Origin: an uncultured virus (IMG/VR IMGVR_UViG_3300030616_000018)
Lineage: Duplodnaviria > Heunggongvirae > Uroviricota > Caudoviricetes
Length of the DNA stretch: 64,000 nucleotides
Reading direction: 5' to 3' (one strand)
Virus record (IMG/VR): IMGVR_UViG_3300030616_000018
This document shows positions 27,408-36,959 of the stretch, piece by piece; the stretch's first letter is position 1; each line of letters opens with the position of its first letter. Both the position numbers and the translations under genes were made by a program. Below the pieces are notes generated by a model. That model saw only the letters and a list, made by a program, of their open reading frames with translations. It ran no database searches and had not been told where the DNA came from.

Positions 27408-28358
27408 ATGGTAGAAAAGAAACAACCAGCGGCTAAGGCAAAGAAAGACCAACCCCAGATTGAAGTAGGTAGCGAAACAACTGGATACTGGGATTATTAT
27501 TCTATTTTATTTCGTCTTCGCAGAACGATGCTAGGTACTTGTACCGAGGCATCAATAATGCAGGAACACGTTATTCAAAAGGCTCGCAAACAAATCAAAA
27601 AGGCTAATCGCCTTGGCGATCGTATTGTAAAGTCTATTGACAAGTTCAAAGGAGATGCTATCTCCGAAGACAAAGAAATTGAAGAGGTCAAGAAGATTAT
27701 TATGGCATTCGCAGAATTGACCGCGAAACCACTTAGTATGAATCTTCCGAACGATCTCAAATCCTTGCTCACCATGGCGAAGGAAGTCAAAAAAGATTAC
27801 GACGAACTCGTTGCAAAAGGTGAACAAGCAAAGTTCACAGTCTTCATGAAAGAACCGAAGAATGGTGATCCCAATACACTATGGCCGGTTATTAGTACCC
27901 ATATGATTTTAGGGAATCTCAAAGAGAATCTCAAAATCATTTGCAACAACGGAGACAAAACAATATTGTCTACTAAAGTCTCCATCGGTGAAACTATGGC
28001 GTTAGATGTCAAAGCTATCGAAGAGTTTATGACTCCCAACCTAGACATTATGCGCCATCCGGATGGTAAACCTCTTATTGAGGAACGACCCATATCGTTT
28101 AACCGTATGGGGAAGACCGAAACGGCAATTGCTGCTTCTGAACAGTTGCCTAAACTTGCCACATTCGGTTGTAAACTTCGTATCCGTAAAGGTAGCCCTA
28201 TTAATGAGACTGCCCTTAGGAAACTTTTTACTTACGGTAAAAACAATGGATTAGGAGCTAATCGTGGTGCTGGTAATTTCGGCTCCTATGATTACAAACT
28301 GGAGAAACTACCCAACTTCGTTGAAACTGTCGAAGGACACGAAGACGGGTGGAGATAG
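27408..28358 (+). CDS. stand-alone RAMP (Cas7/Csm3-like RRM-fold) protein, 316 aa
   Basis: start MVEKK after AAAGGAGA; N-terminal strand FRLRRTMLGT, ISTHMILGNLKE, ASEQLP...FGCKLRI, C-terminal G-rich loop GKNNGLGANRGAGNFGSY typical of RAMPs. Confidence 0.75.
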   Translation: MVEKKQPAAKAKKDQPQIEVGSETTGYWDYYSILFRLRRTMLGTCTEASIMQEHVIQKARKQIKKANRLGDRIVKSIDKFKGDAISEDKEIEEVKKIIMAFAELTAKPLSMNLPNDLKSLLTMAKEVKKDYDELVAKGEQAKFTVFMKEPKNGDPNTLWPVISTHMILGNLKENLKIICNNGDKTILSTKVSIGETMALDVKAIEEFMTPNLDIMRHPDGKPLIEERPISFNRMGKTETAIAASEQLPKLATFGCKLRIRKGSPINETALRKLFTYGKNNGLGANRGAGNFGSYDYKLEKLPNFVETVEGHEDGWR

Positions 28359-30089
28359 GCGCTATGAACTCATACGAATTAAGGCGTACTATTGGTCTGG
28401 TTCATTTCGCTTATGTGACGTGAAGGTGGCGTAAACTGACATGAAGTCTGATTTCGTACTGGTTCTGTATATTACCGTACTGTGTAATATTATCATGTAT
28501 AGTTGAGGTGTGATGTCTTAACGTACAATTGGCTGATATAATGTACTGATGATGTATTCCGAGATAAAGTAAACTTTCGGGTGTCATTATGTGCGACGAC
28601 ATACTCTTTTATGCTGTCACGTTATGGTCGCATGTTATACAATGCGATGCAGTAATGGTGTAGTTTTATGGCATGGAGTGAAGTTAAGTAAAGGTGATGT
28701 ATGATCTTATCCAGCATTGTGCCGTAGTGGTCAGGTGGCGTTATACGTCATAGACTAATGTGCGACACAGTAACGGTTATGTAATGTGTTGTCGACTTAC
28801 GATTCGTGGAGTTGTGTCAAGTCTTGGTTATATGGTCTGTCATCTATTCCTGACTGGCGTTGTAACAGCTTTGCTCGGTCTCGTTGCGTCCCGCTAATAA
28901 ATAAATAAAATAAAGTAAGGTGAGAATCCTTATTAGCGAATGTATTGGTATGATACAATTTTACCAAGTAGGCTTGAGTTGAGTTATGTACGATGATGGT
29001 CCCATCCCGTATTGTAGGTTTCCACTTTGTTTCGTCCTGGCAACATGGAGTTGTTTGATCTGCCATTATATGGAGTAGCGGTGGACTGAATTACGCTCAA
29101 CTTAGGCGTTGTAACAGCAAGGTGCAATGAAATTTACTATTGTGAAGTTCTGTATGGGTGAAATAGTATGAACCGTAGTTGTGGTGGGTTAAGCTATCAC
29201 AAAGCAGGGTTTGATGATGTAAAGTGGCGGTAAAAGTAAAGTCCAATCAACCTATGTAATGTGCAGTGTCCGGTAAACTGTGATTACATGAACTTTTGTT
29301 TGCTACGAGTTGAGTCAGATAAGCTCATGTAATTTATCGTATTGGTGAAGCGTTATCAACTACAATGCTATTTGGTGGAGGTCCAGTTTTGCCTTTATGT
29401 GGTAGAATTGTGTGGGCTGTTGTTTTGGTGACAATAAATAATATGACATAAAGTAAAGTGGGGAAGTCAACCCAACGTCATCAAAACAATTCCTTGGTAC
29501 AGTTGTATCAATTAGCCTGAAGTTTCATGTCGGTATTGTTCTGTCCATTAATGTTCAATATTGTAATGTTCAATATACTCAAGTATTGGTACAATGTCGT
29601 AAACTGGAGTGAATCGCAGTACCAGTGAACCGAACTCAAGCAATGTTTCGTTCTGGTGAACTGAAGTGTACTCACGTAACGTCGGGGTACTATGATATAA
29701 ATCAGAGTAAGATGTCGTTCTGGTTTGATACTGCAAAAAGCAAAATGCCCTGAGGCTTGATTCTGTTAAATAGAATTACGGTATAATATAATATCGTAGG
29801 ATAGCCTGAAACTTCATGTAGGTAATGTCATGTCTCATACCATGAGTTCATGTGCCGTTCCGGTAAGACATCCTAAAGTAGAATGTGATGATGTAAAGGC
29901 TGGGTGACGCAATATTGGCTGACGTAGATGTATAGGTCTAGCATTGTTGGCTCGAATATGGTGAAATAGAGTAATGGTTGGGTCGCGTTGGCTCGTGTGA
30001 AGTTTCTTGAGGTAACGGTGGACTACGGTCAACTGATGTAATGTCGTTCCGGTAAAGGTAAAACACCATATCGTATTGTGTAGTCCCAC

Positions 30090-30392
30090 CGGTAGCGTAT
30101 CACGCTGTGAGCTCCAGTAAGGGTTTAGTTAACCATAGTGAGTTTGGGTTGTGTGACGGTAACGTCCAATATCATCTGGTCCATCACCGTACTGGTGAGG
30201 TGGTTTGCGATTATGTATTATTATGTGATGCTTTGTTTTGGTGAAATGATTTATCATAAGTCATATTACCGTTTAGTGATGGCAATGTCCTATATCGCCT
30301 GATCTAGTATTGCACTGACTCGGTAGCGTATCACGCTGTGCGCTCCAGTAAGGGGTTTAGTTAACCATAGTGAGCTTGGATTGTGTGACGGT
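30090..30392 (+). repeat. two near-identical about 70-bp blocks inside the array (about 30090-30159 and 30321-30392)
   Basis: cggtagcgtatcacgctgtg(a/c)gctccagtaaggg(g)tttagttaaccatagtgag(t/c)ttgg(g/a)ttgtgtgacggt. Confidence 0.9.
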
Positions 30393-31893
30393 TTAATGAA
30401 GTACAGCACTGTTACATATCGTATTGGTGGGACTATGTTAAGTCAACCGACGTGTCATTATGGTATTGTACTGCCCAGTAGATCACTATGAACTTCCGTT
30501 TTGGTCCGGTAGACTATCATGTTGTAAAGTACTGGTATAACGAAGTACCCTATAATCGGATATGGTTATGTAGTGGCTATGTGTCATAGCATAACATATC
30601 ATTATGTAAAGCTATGGTTCGGTTATGTGCAACTTTGTTCGCTCAATTTCAGTGCAGTCGGGGTATCATAAACTCAAGTGTCCTGGTCTAGAGTAAAGCA
30701 TTGGTTATGTTGCGCTGGTAAACTGTTGTACTATTTTATCGGGTATCGTTCTGGTGGACTAATCTACCGAGCCGTATCGTGAAGTCACGGTGCTGTCAAT
30801 CACTATGAACTACTATAATGTGGAATACGGTGACGGTTGAATGCAATGGAGTTTCCTACCCTTACATTAAGTAATGGTCAGGTGAAACTTTGTATCATGT
30901 GATGATGCGATGTGAAGACTTTGTTGCGTCCGATGCAATAGTATTCAGTGGTATTCTGTAATGGTAATCTAGACTTGGCTAAAGTATTGTTTCATCATGG
31001 TCTAGGTATGCTGAGCTGAATTACGATGTCGTTGGATAAAGTAGTATGTAGTAAAGGTCTAGTCTACCCTACTGTTGTGGTGCGGTCAATCTGCGTAATG
31101 TAATATATTGTGCAGGTGAGGTGTGTTGTTCTACCTTGGAGTTAAGTGTAATGATGTCGCGGTATGGTGAATTAAAGTATGTCATTGTTCAGTGACGGTA
31201 TGGCGATGTGTCTTGTTATAAAGTACAGTAATACATCGTCAGGGTTCAACATTGCATCTTACAGTGATGTCCGGGTATGCTTCTGTTGTCATCATATCGT
31301 ACGATGACGTATGGGTATGCTGAATCAAAGTGTCGTTTACCTAAAGTACCGTTGGGGTAAGGTGTTTTCATGTTCCGTAGCATGGGTTGAAGTTGCGGTA
31401 TGGTTACATCAGTTATGATGCATTGAAGTTGCGTGGCGGTACGATAAACTGAAGTAAGCTGAGCTAAGGTCGGGGTATGCTGAATTCAAGTGAAATGATG
31501 TAAACTGATGGTACGATTCTGCTATGTGGCATAATATAATGTTTTGTGTAGGTCCAGTTGTATGGAGTTATATGCCGTTATGGTCTGATACGATGAATCA
31601 TGATATAATACCGTAAGGGTGATGTGAGATATCGTTCAATTCAGTACTGGCACGTATCGTTGGGTTCTGTCCACTAGAGTTATGTAATGGTGAAATTATG
31701 TCAGTCTAAGTGCATTGTTATAGTGTGCGCTTTTGTAAAGTAGAGGCAGGATAACGTAACCCGAAATACAGTATGGTTTCATACAGGTGATATAAAGTCA
31801 GCTAACGTTGTGTATAGTATCGTATTATGGTGGCAACGTTACATTCATTATTGTACTGTGGTGTTAGGGTGGAATTATGTGGGCTGAGGTTTC

Positions 31894-32061
31894 GTAGGGT
31901 TTCGTAGTGGTACGCTAAAGTTTACTATTGCCCATTCTCGTAAACTGATGGTAAAATTAGCTAACGTTGTATATACTGTAGGGTTTCGTAGTGGTACGCT
32001 AAAGTTTACTATTGCCCATTCTCGTAAACTAATGGTAAAATTAGCTAACGTTGTATATACT
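31894..32061 (+). repeat. 84-bp tandem duplication inside the array
   Basis: 31894-31977 and 31978-32061, one mismatch (gatggt/aatggt). Confidence 0.92.
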
Positions 32062-32242
32062 ATCGTACTATGGAACGGCATCATAAAGTTACGCCAGCTA
32101 ATGTGCAGTCGAGTCCTGGTTGGATTAAGTTGGGTGTAATATTGTCATGGTTCGATATAGCTTCATTGACTCGGGTTATGGCCTAGTTCAATTTACTCGG
32201 CTACCGTATTGCTAGGGTGAACTGTGATATCGCAGACTAAGC

Positions 32243-32291
32243 GTGGCTAGACAGTCTTTTATAGGTTGTCTAGCCACAACCTAATTTTTTT
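32243..32291 (+). terminator. hairpin terminator closing the array (likely bidirectional)
   Basis: GTGGCTAGACA...TGTCTAGCCAC then T-tract, between convergent units. Confidence 0.75.
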
Positions 32292-32292
32292 A

Positions 32293-32511
32293 TTAAACAA
32301 TTGACCACGGAATGCCTAATACAATCACTATTAATATCAATACCAATATTATAATTGCAGGTATATAAAACTTCTTAAGGTAATAATATTTAGATCCTTC
32401 TTCTTGTGTCTTTAGGATCTTTAATTCTCGACCAATATGTAAGAGCAACAAAAGTACCATTCCTCTTATTATTATTTCAAATACTTTAACAGTTGTTTCT
32501 TCTGGGCTCAT
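32293..32511 (-). CDS. small two-TM membrane protein
   Basis: two hydrophobic segments. Confidence 0.55.
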   Translation of the reverse strand: MSPEETTVKVFEIIIRGMVLLLLLHIGRELKILKTQEEGSKYYYLKKFYIPAIIILVLILIVIVLGIPWSIV

Positions 32512-32527
32512 ACCCTAACCTATTCTC

Positions 32528-33451
32528 TTATCCTGCTACGCTTTTTTGCCTATGCATTGTTAATATACACCCTATATGATAATCATGATCCCCATCATCT
32601 ATATTAGTGTCAACAGTGACTCTTACTCTCATTCCATGACCTATTTTATCAGTATCTGAAGTCTTAAGTTGTATAGCATTATCTCCAACTAACTGAATAT
32701 GATTAGCGAATCTAGAGAACGTTATTTCCATCGTAAAGATATTATAATTACCATCACCTGCCGGCATTGGACGAATATTCTCAAACAATTTAGTTGTTGA
32801 ATTCCAATCAGTGTCCCAATACGCAGGAGGCTTACCAAATTGTGGATCTCCCGCTTCAGGAATAAATATCAAACCAGGAGTAGTGGGGTCGGTTAAATCC
32901 TCATTAATATCTACATTGCTTGCTCCACCTGCAAGAGCAGAAGGCAAAACAATATAAGGTGCAGCTGGATTAACAAAATATCCCGTGCCTGTGTTTGCAT
33001 CCGGGGTCGTCGTTACAATTCTAGGAACAATCTCTACTGTTATTTCATCAAATTCACAATTTTTCCAACTTAGATAACCTTCATGAATATAACTAAGATT
33101 TTCAATAGTATTAAAATCTAGATACTTAACATGCTGTAAACCATCCGCAATGTGATGATTAAATGAAAGTTTTTCTCCACCACCAACAAGTGCAATATTA
33201 CTTGGGTCATCCCCTCGACTTGTAAAATGTACTTTAGTACCTAACGGTCTTGATGTTTGATGTACCCTCATTTTACCTGAAGTATCTCTTTTTTCTTCCT
33301 CAGTTAATGTATCGACAATAGATATCTTAGTTGAATCTATTTCATGACCTGAATTATTAGGACAAGCAACAGGTTCTATCTCGCCCCATATTTCGTAATA
33401 CATATTCTCTGTATTACACCATACTCTATATTTGTTAAGTGTAGTGGGCAT
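32528..33451 (-). CDS. putative virion structural protein
   Basis: beta-rich 307 aa, downstream of tail-fibre genes. Confidence 0.5.
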   Translation of the reverse strand: MPTTLNKYRVWCNTENMYYEIWGEIEPVACPNNSGHEIDSTKISIVDTLTEEEKRDTSGKMRVHQTSRPLGTKVHFTSRGDDPSNIALVGGGEKLSFNHHIADGLQHVKYLDFNTIENLSYIHEGYLSWKNCEFDEITVEIVPRIVTTTPDANTGTGYFVNPAAPYIVLPSALAGGASNVDINEDLTDPTTPGLIFIPEAGDPQFGKPPAYWDTDWNSTTKLFENIRPMPAGDGNYNIFTMEITFSRFANHIQLVGDNAIQLKTSDTDKIGHGMRVRVTVDTNIDDGDHDYHIGCILTMHRQKSVAG

Positions 33452-33501
33452 ACTATATCTCCATTAGTATTTTAGCCATGCAAGCCAAGCAATAGTAAAA
33501 T

Positions 33502-34197
33502 CTACGAAACACCGCTTGGTAAATTCTCAGGTACTGTTCCAGAAAATTGAATCATAAAGAAACTTACATAAAAATCACAACCATCATTCTCAGACTTTCT
33601 TCCTTGTAACTCTAGAAGTGCTTGTTCTGCTGGCCATCCTGTAGTCACTGGTTGTGAGAATACCTTCCAAACTTTTTTCTCAGAGTGCATCCTAATCCAA
33701 TCAAATACTACTTGATTATTAGTTGAATCAAAAACTCTGAGATCAAAATATTTATCATTATCATCTTTAGAATATATAACTGCCTGAACTCCAATAGGAG
33801 TACCTAACTGATTTGTTCCTCTGAATATAAAATGAGTGCTTGGTGTCCAACTATCTCCAGCAAATTTAAAAAAGTTTTTATTATATGAACCAAAGCTAAG
33901 AGTAAGATCTCCTGCCCCACCTTCACCAGCTTCTGGAACACTACTAGGATCTACTCCACCTGAAAGTAAACCAGTATGGGCCGCAATAATAGCATCTAAT
34001 TCTGTTTCTTCATCTTGAGTTAATGCATCATTAAACCATACCTCACAAATATCTTCATCGAGATTAGTATCAATATGATGAAGTTCTGTTGTTATAATAG
34101 TGGATGCCTGAATTTCTTCTTGTAGTATTGTAATGTCTACTTTATGATTTATTACAAAATCATCATATATCGAATAAGCATAATCGGTTAAAGCCAT
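33502..34197 (-). CDS. putative tail-associated protein
   Basis: LQEEIQAS...LDAIIAAHTG N-terminal module, beta-rich C-terminus. Confidence 0.5.
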   Translation of the reverse strand: MALTDYAYSIYDDFVINHKVDITILQEEIQASTIITTELHHIDTNLDEDICEVWFNDALTQDEETELDAIIAAHTGLLSGGVDPSSVPEAGEGGAGDLTLSFGSYNKNFFKFAGDSWTPSTHFIFRGTNQLGTPIGVQAVIYSKDDNDKYFDLRVFDSTNNQVVFDWIRMHSEKKVWKVFSQPVTTGWPAEQALLELQGRKSENDGCDFYVSFFMIQFSGTVPENLPSGVS

Positions 34198-34213
34198 GTC
34201 AATTCCTCTATAA

Positions 34214-36352
34214 TTATGATGGTACCTTCCAGATTTCTAATCTAGCTCGACGAATTGATGCTGTATCGCCAAGATTACTACAACACCAATCAAGATCTAC
34301 TGTATGATTTCCAGCGGATAAGTTCTCATATTTAAACCCACTTGCAGGATGCCATTGATCACTACCTGCATCTTTAGGTTCCCACTGGTGTTCCATAATA
34401 GTGGTCGTATCATCAATTTGAACTTGCCCTCTAAAATCATTAGATCTATTGTTGTATTGCCATTCATAATACCAACTAATTCTATATTTACCACCAACTA
34501 GACCAGTAAGAGTCAATCTTACTTTTTGTTGGTAGGCATTATTGGTAGTCTGTTGCAATGTCTCTGATGATGTTTCAAACAATTCTTCAAATACACCATC
34601 TTGTCCATCGACACCGTCAGCACCATCTTGTCCATCTGCACCTGCAGGACCCGTATCACCTGGTTCCCCTTTTAATCCTGTGAAAGGACCAAAATCAAAC
34701 CATACACTTCCATCATACATTATGACGTGTTTTGACATGTCCCCATTGAGAGGAGCAGGTAGCGTTTGATTAGATCTATTATCATCTAAAACAAGAAAAT
34801 AATAAAGATCCGTTGAAGATGCTCCAGACGTTGTTTCAATCGACGTTATTTTTGCTTCATCTAAATCATCATATTCATCAACCTGAAAAGCTTCTCCTTG
34901 GGGACCTTGGGGACCAGTTGCGCCATCTGCACCATCCACACCATTAGCCCCATCAGCTCCGTCAACACCAGGAATACCTTTGATTCCCTGAAGTCTTTTA
35001 ATATTAAGAACTAGATTAGGTTGACATGTCACTACTGATGTATTTGCTCTCATTAATTGAACTGTGATATAATCTCCATTATTCAAATAATAAGGAAATG
35101 ATGCTTTTAAATCTTGTATCTCTGTCTGATAAAAATCCCCTGTTACTTCACTTGCAGGAATAGAAGTTGTGCCATTAACTTGTATTCTACCATATACAAG
35201 AGTCATAGTTGTTGCTACTAATGATTGGAAATAAAAATCTATATCATACCAACCATCTTCATAAACATATATTCTCTCAGTATTGGTATCATCATGTTTG
35301 ATAACTGTATCATCGGTTTCTGCTTCAGTTGTATCTAAAGTTACATCGCCCCAAGTCGTACCTATATTATAGGTTGTTGATCTACGAGCGGATACTAAAT
35401 TGATTAATGTTACATCTCCAGCAGGACCTTCAACACCTTTTATATTTCCTATTAATACCCATGACCCACTTTGTTTCTCATACACATCACTGGTATTAGT
35501 ATTTAGATAATAATCACCATTCTCTCCAGTTGCTCCCGCAGGAATACCTGCTCCATTGTACCAAACAGAACCTGAAGGACCTGGTAACCCTGTATCACCC
35601 TTTATTGAATCTACTTTATATACTTCTAAATCCGATTTAAGTATAGCAGACGGATCACCAGAAGATATTACTTGAACTGATATCCACTCATTAGCATTAA
35701 AATATTCAACTACTTCATTAGATAATTCATCTGTTATTCCACCTTGATTAACATTAGTTAATATATGTGAATTATCACATTCTGAAGCTGGTAAGAACAC
35801 TGAATCATTTTTATTTATTCTTGCGTTCAATGTACTATTCACATTAGTTGGTGGAGTACCATTAGGAGGTATGCTATACATAATATTATAGGCTACTCTA
35901 TAATACCCTGCCTCATTGAAATAAATCCTATCTTGATTTGCTACGCTATGACTTAATCTAGAAGGCTCAGTTTCTGAGTCCTTTATTGGATACACTATAT
36001 CTTGCCAGGTCGTAGGAAATGTAGTATATGTGTTCATTCGAACTCGACAATGAACCATAGCTGGTTGTCCAAATAATTCATACTTCTTATATGCGAGTAT
36101 ATTTGGATCCCATACATATGCTGCTGCTGTATCATTTGCAATATAGAGTTTGCCTGCTATACCCGTAGCCGGGAAACTAGATGATGAATTATAGAAGTAA
36201 CTATCTGTTATCTTTACATTACCTACACCATCACCAATCCATAAATCTTTAGTATCGAGGGAGACAGCAGGCTCCCCTCGTTGAAGGGAAGCAGCTTGAA
36301 CATTACTGTTCGCTCCTCGCTTTAACTTTATTAAATCAATTGTATTCGCCAT
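34214..36352 (-). CDS. collagen-like tail fibre/appendage protein
   Basis: IKLKRG...GEPAV.LDT..LWIGDG N-terminus (Mtd-N/hyaluronidase-like), Gly-X-Y repeats, C1q-like beta domains. Confidence 0.8.
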   Translation of the reverse strand: MANTIDLIKLKRGANSNVQAASLQRGEPAVSLDTKDLWIGDGVGNVKITDSYFYNSSSSFPATGIAGKLYIANDTAAAYVWDPNILAYKKYELFGQPAMVHCRVRMNTYTTFPTTWQDIVYPIKDSETEPSRLSHSVANQDRIYFNEAGYYRVAYNIMYSIPPNGTPPTNVNSTLNARINKNDSVFLPASECDNSHILTNVNQGGITDELSNEVVEYFNANEWISVQVISSGDPSAILKSDLEVYKVDSIKGDTGLPGPSGSVWYNGAGIPAGATGENGDYYLNTNTSDVYEKQSGSWVLIGNIKGVEGPAGDVTLINLVSARRSTTYNIGTTWGDVTLDTTEAETDDTVIKHDDTNTERIYVYEDGWYDIDFYFQSLVATTMTLVYGRIQVNGTTSIPASEVTGDFYQTEIQDLKASFPYYLNNGDYITVQLMRANTSVVTCQPNLVLNIKRLQGIKGIPGVDGADGANGVDGADGATGPQGPQGEAFQVDEYDDLDEAKITSIETTSGASSTDLYYFLVLDDNRSNQTLPAPLNGDMSKHVIMYDGSVWFDFGPFTGLKGEPGDTGPAGADGQDGADGVDGQDGVFEELFETSSETLQQTTNNAYQQKVRLTLTGLVGGKYRISWYYEWQYNNRSNDFRGQVQIDDTTTIMEHQWEPKDAGSDQWHPASGFKYENLSAGNHTVDLDWCCSNLGDTASIRRARLEIWKVPS

Positions 36353-36430
36353 TCTGCTTCCTTTTTAATTTTTTCAATTTATATAGACAAATAATGTCTT
36401 AAACCACTAACCTACAAAGGAGATACACTA

Positions 36431-36586
36431 ATGGACAGTCTTAAATGTTGTTTCTGTGATTTCAATGCGACCGAAGATGAATGGAATGAGGAACATACAA
36501 ATCCGGGTGAACGTTCTGAATACATTTGTCCTCAGTGTCATGAAGAGTTGGATTTTGACGATTTAGAGGAACCAGACGAAGAGTAA
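36431..36586 (+). CDS. 51-aa acidic zinc-ribbon protein
   Basis: MDSLKCCFCD...YICPQCHEE; AAGGAGA RBS; promoter variant TATATAGACAAATA at 36380. Confidence 0.6.
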   Translation: MDSLKCCFCDFNATEDEWNEEHTNPGERSEYICPQCHEELDFDDLEEPDEE

Positions 36587-36608
36587 TATTTTTTGTTTTT
36601 AAATATTA

Positions 36609-36620
36609 CATATAGAAATA
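36609..36620 (+). promoter_or_regulatory. phage promoter-like motif
   Basis: CATATAGAAATA. Confidence 0.65.
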
Positions 36621-36683
36621 AATTAATCGTAGGGCGGTAGGCTTTTATTTTAGTCTTCATATTAATTGAAAAGGAGACATTGT

Positions 36684-36902
36684 ATGGCTAAATTGAATAA
36701 CCGTAACAAGATCGACCATTTAAACCTAACCCGAACTACGATTAATAAGATCAAAAAGTTCCTGGGTATAACTAGAATCGCCGGCCTTCGAAAAACGACC
36801 CGTAGCGAATTGTCAGCCATTGTCGGATTTGGTCCGAAGACTATCAATAAGATTGGACAAGAATTAAAGAGGTGTCACGTGAAGTCTTATCATTTGAGAT
36901 AA
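36684..36902 (+). CDS. stand-alone RNA polymerase alpha-CTD-like (HhH) protein
   Basis: IDHLNLTRTTINKIKKFLGITRIAGLRKTTRSELSAIVGFGPKTINKI aligns with the alpha-CTD I..L.L..R..N.L...GI....L......L..I.GFG.K pattern. Confidence 0.7.
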   Translation: MAKLNNRNKIDHLNLTRTTINKIKKFLGITRIAGLRKTTRSELSAIVGFGPKTINKIGQELKRCHVKSYHLR

Positions 36903-36912
36903 AAGCCCCTAC

Positions 36913-36945
36913 GAGAGGTCCTTTATGGGCCTCTCAATCTTTTTA
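36913..36945 (+). terminator. intrinsic terminator
   Basis: GAGAGGTCC/GGGCCTCTC plus T-tract. Confidence 0.6.
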
Positions 36946-36959
36946 ACGAAAGGAGAAAT

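Larger units (their letters stand above)
28361..32242 (+). ncRNA. about 3.9 kb non-coding array of 5-nt-periodic units, (NNN-RY)n + NNN-GGT; putative guide-RNA array
   Basis: e.g. 28629 cgcat gttat acaat gcgat gcagt aatggt | gtagt tttat ggcat ggagt gaagt taagt aaaggt | gatgt atgat cttat ccagc attgt gccgt agtggt; no credible ORFs; starts 2 nt after the RAMP stop and ends at a terminator. Confidence 0.8.

Noticed and set aside
28411..32139. Short ORFs inside the array (28411, 28797, 29548, 29835, 31875, 31948)
   Set aside because: No clear RBS, odd composition, and the region has 5-nt rather than 3-nt periodicity; the repeated peptides only reflect the 84-bp duplication.
28361..32242. Canonical CRISPR array next to the Cas7-like gene
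   Set aside because: There are no identical 25-40 nt direct repeats separated by spacers; conservation is limited to 2-3 nt per 5-6 nt.
34590..35000. Short GC-rich repeats in the tail fibre gene
   Set aside because: Explained by collagen-like Gly-X-Y coding.
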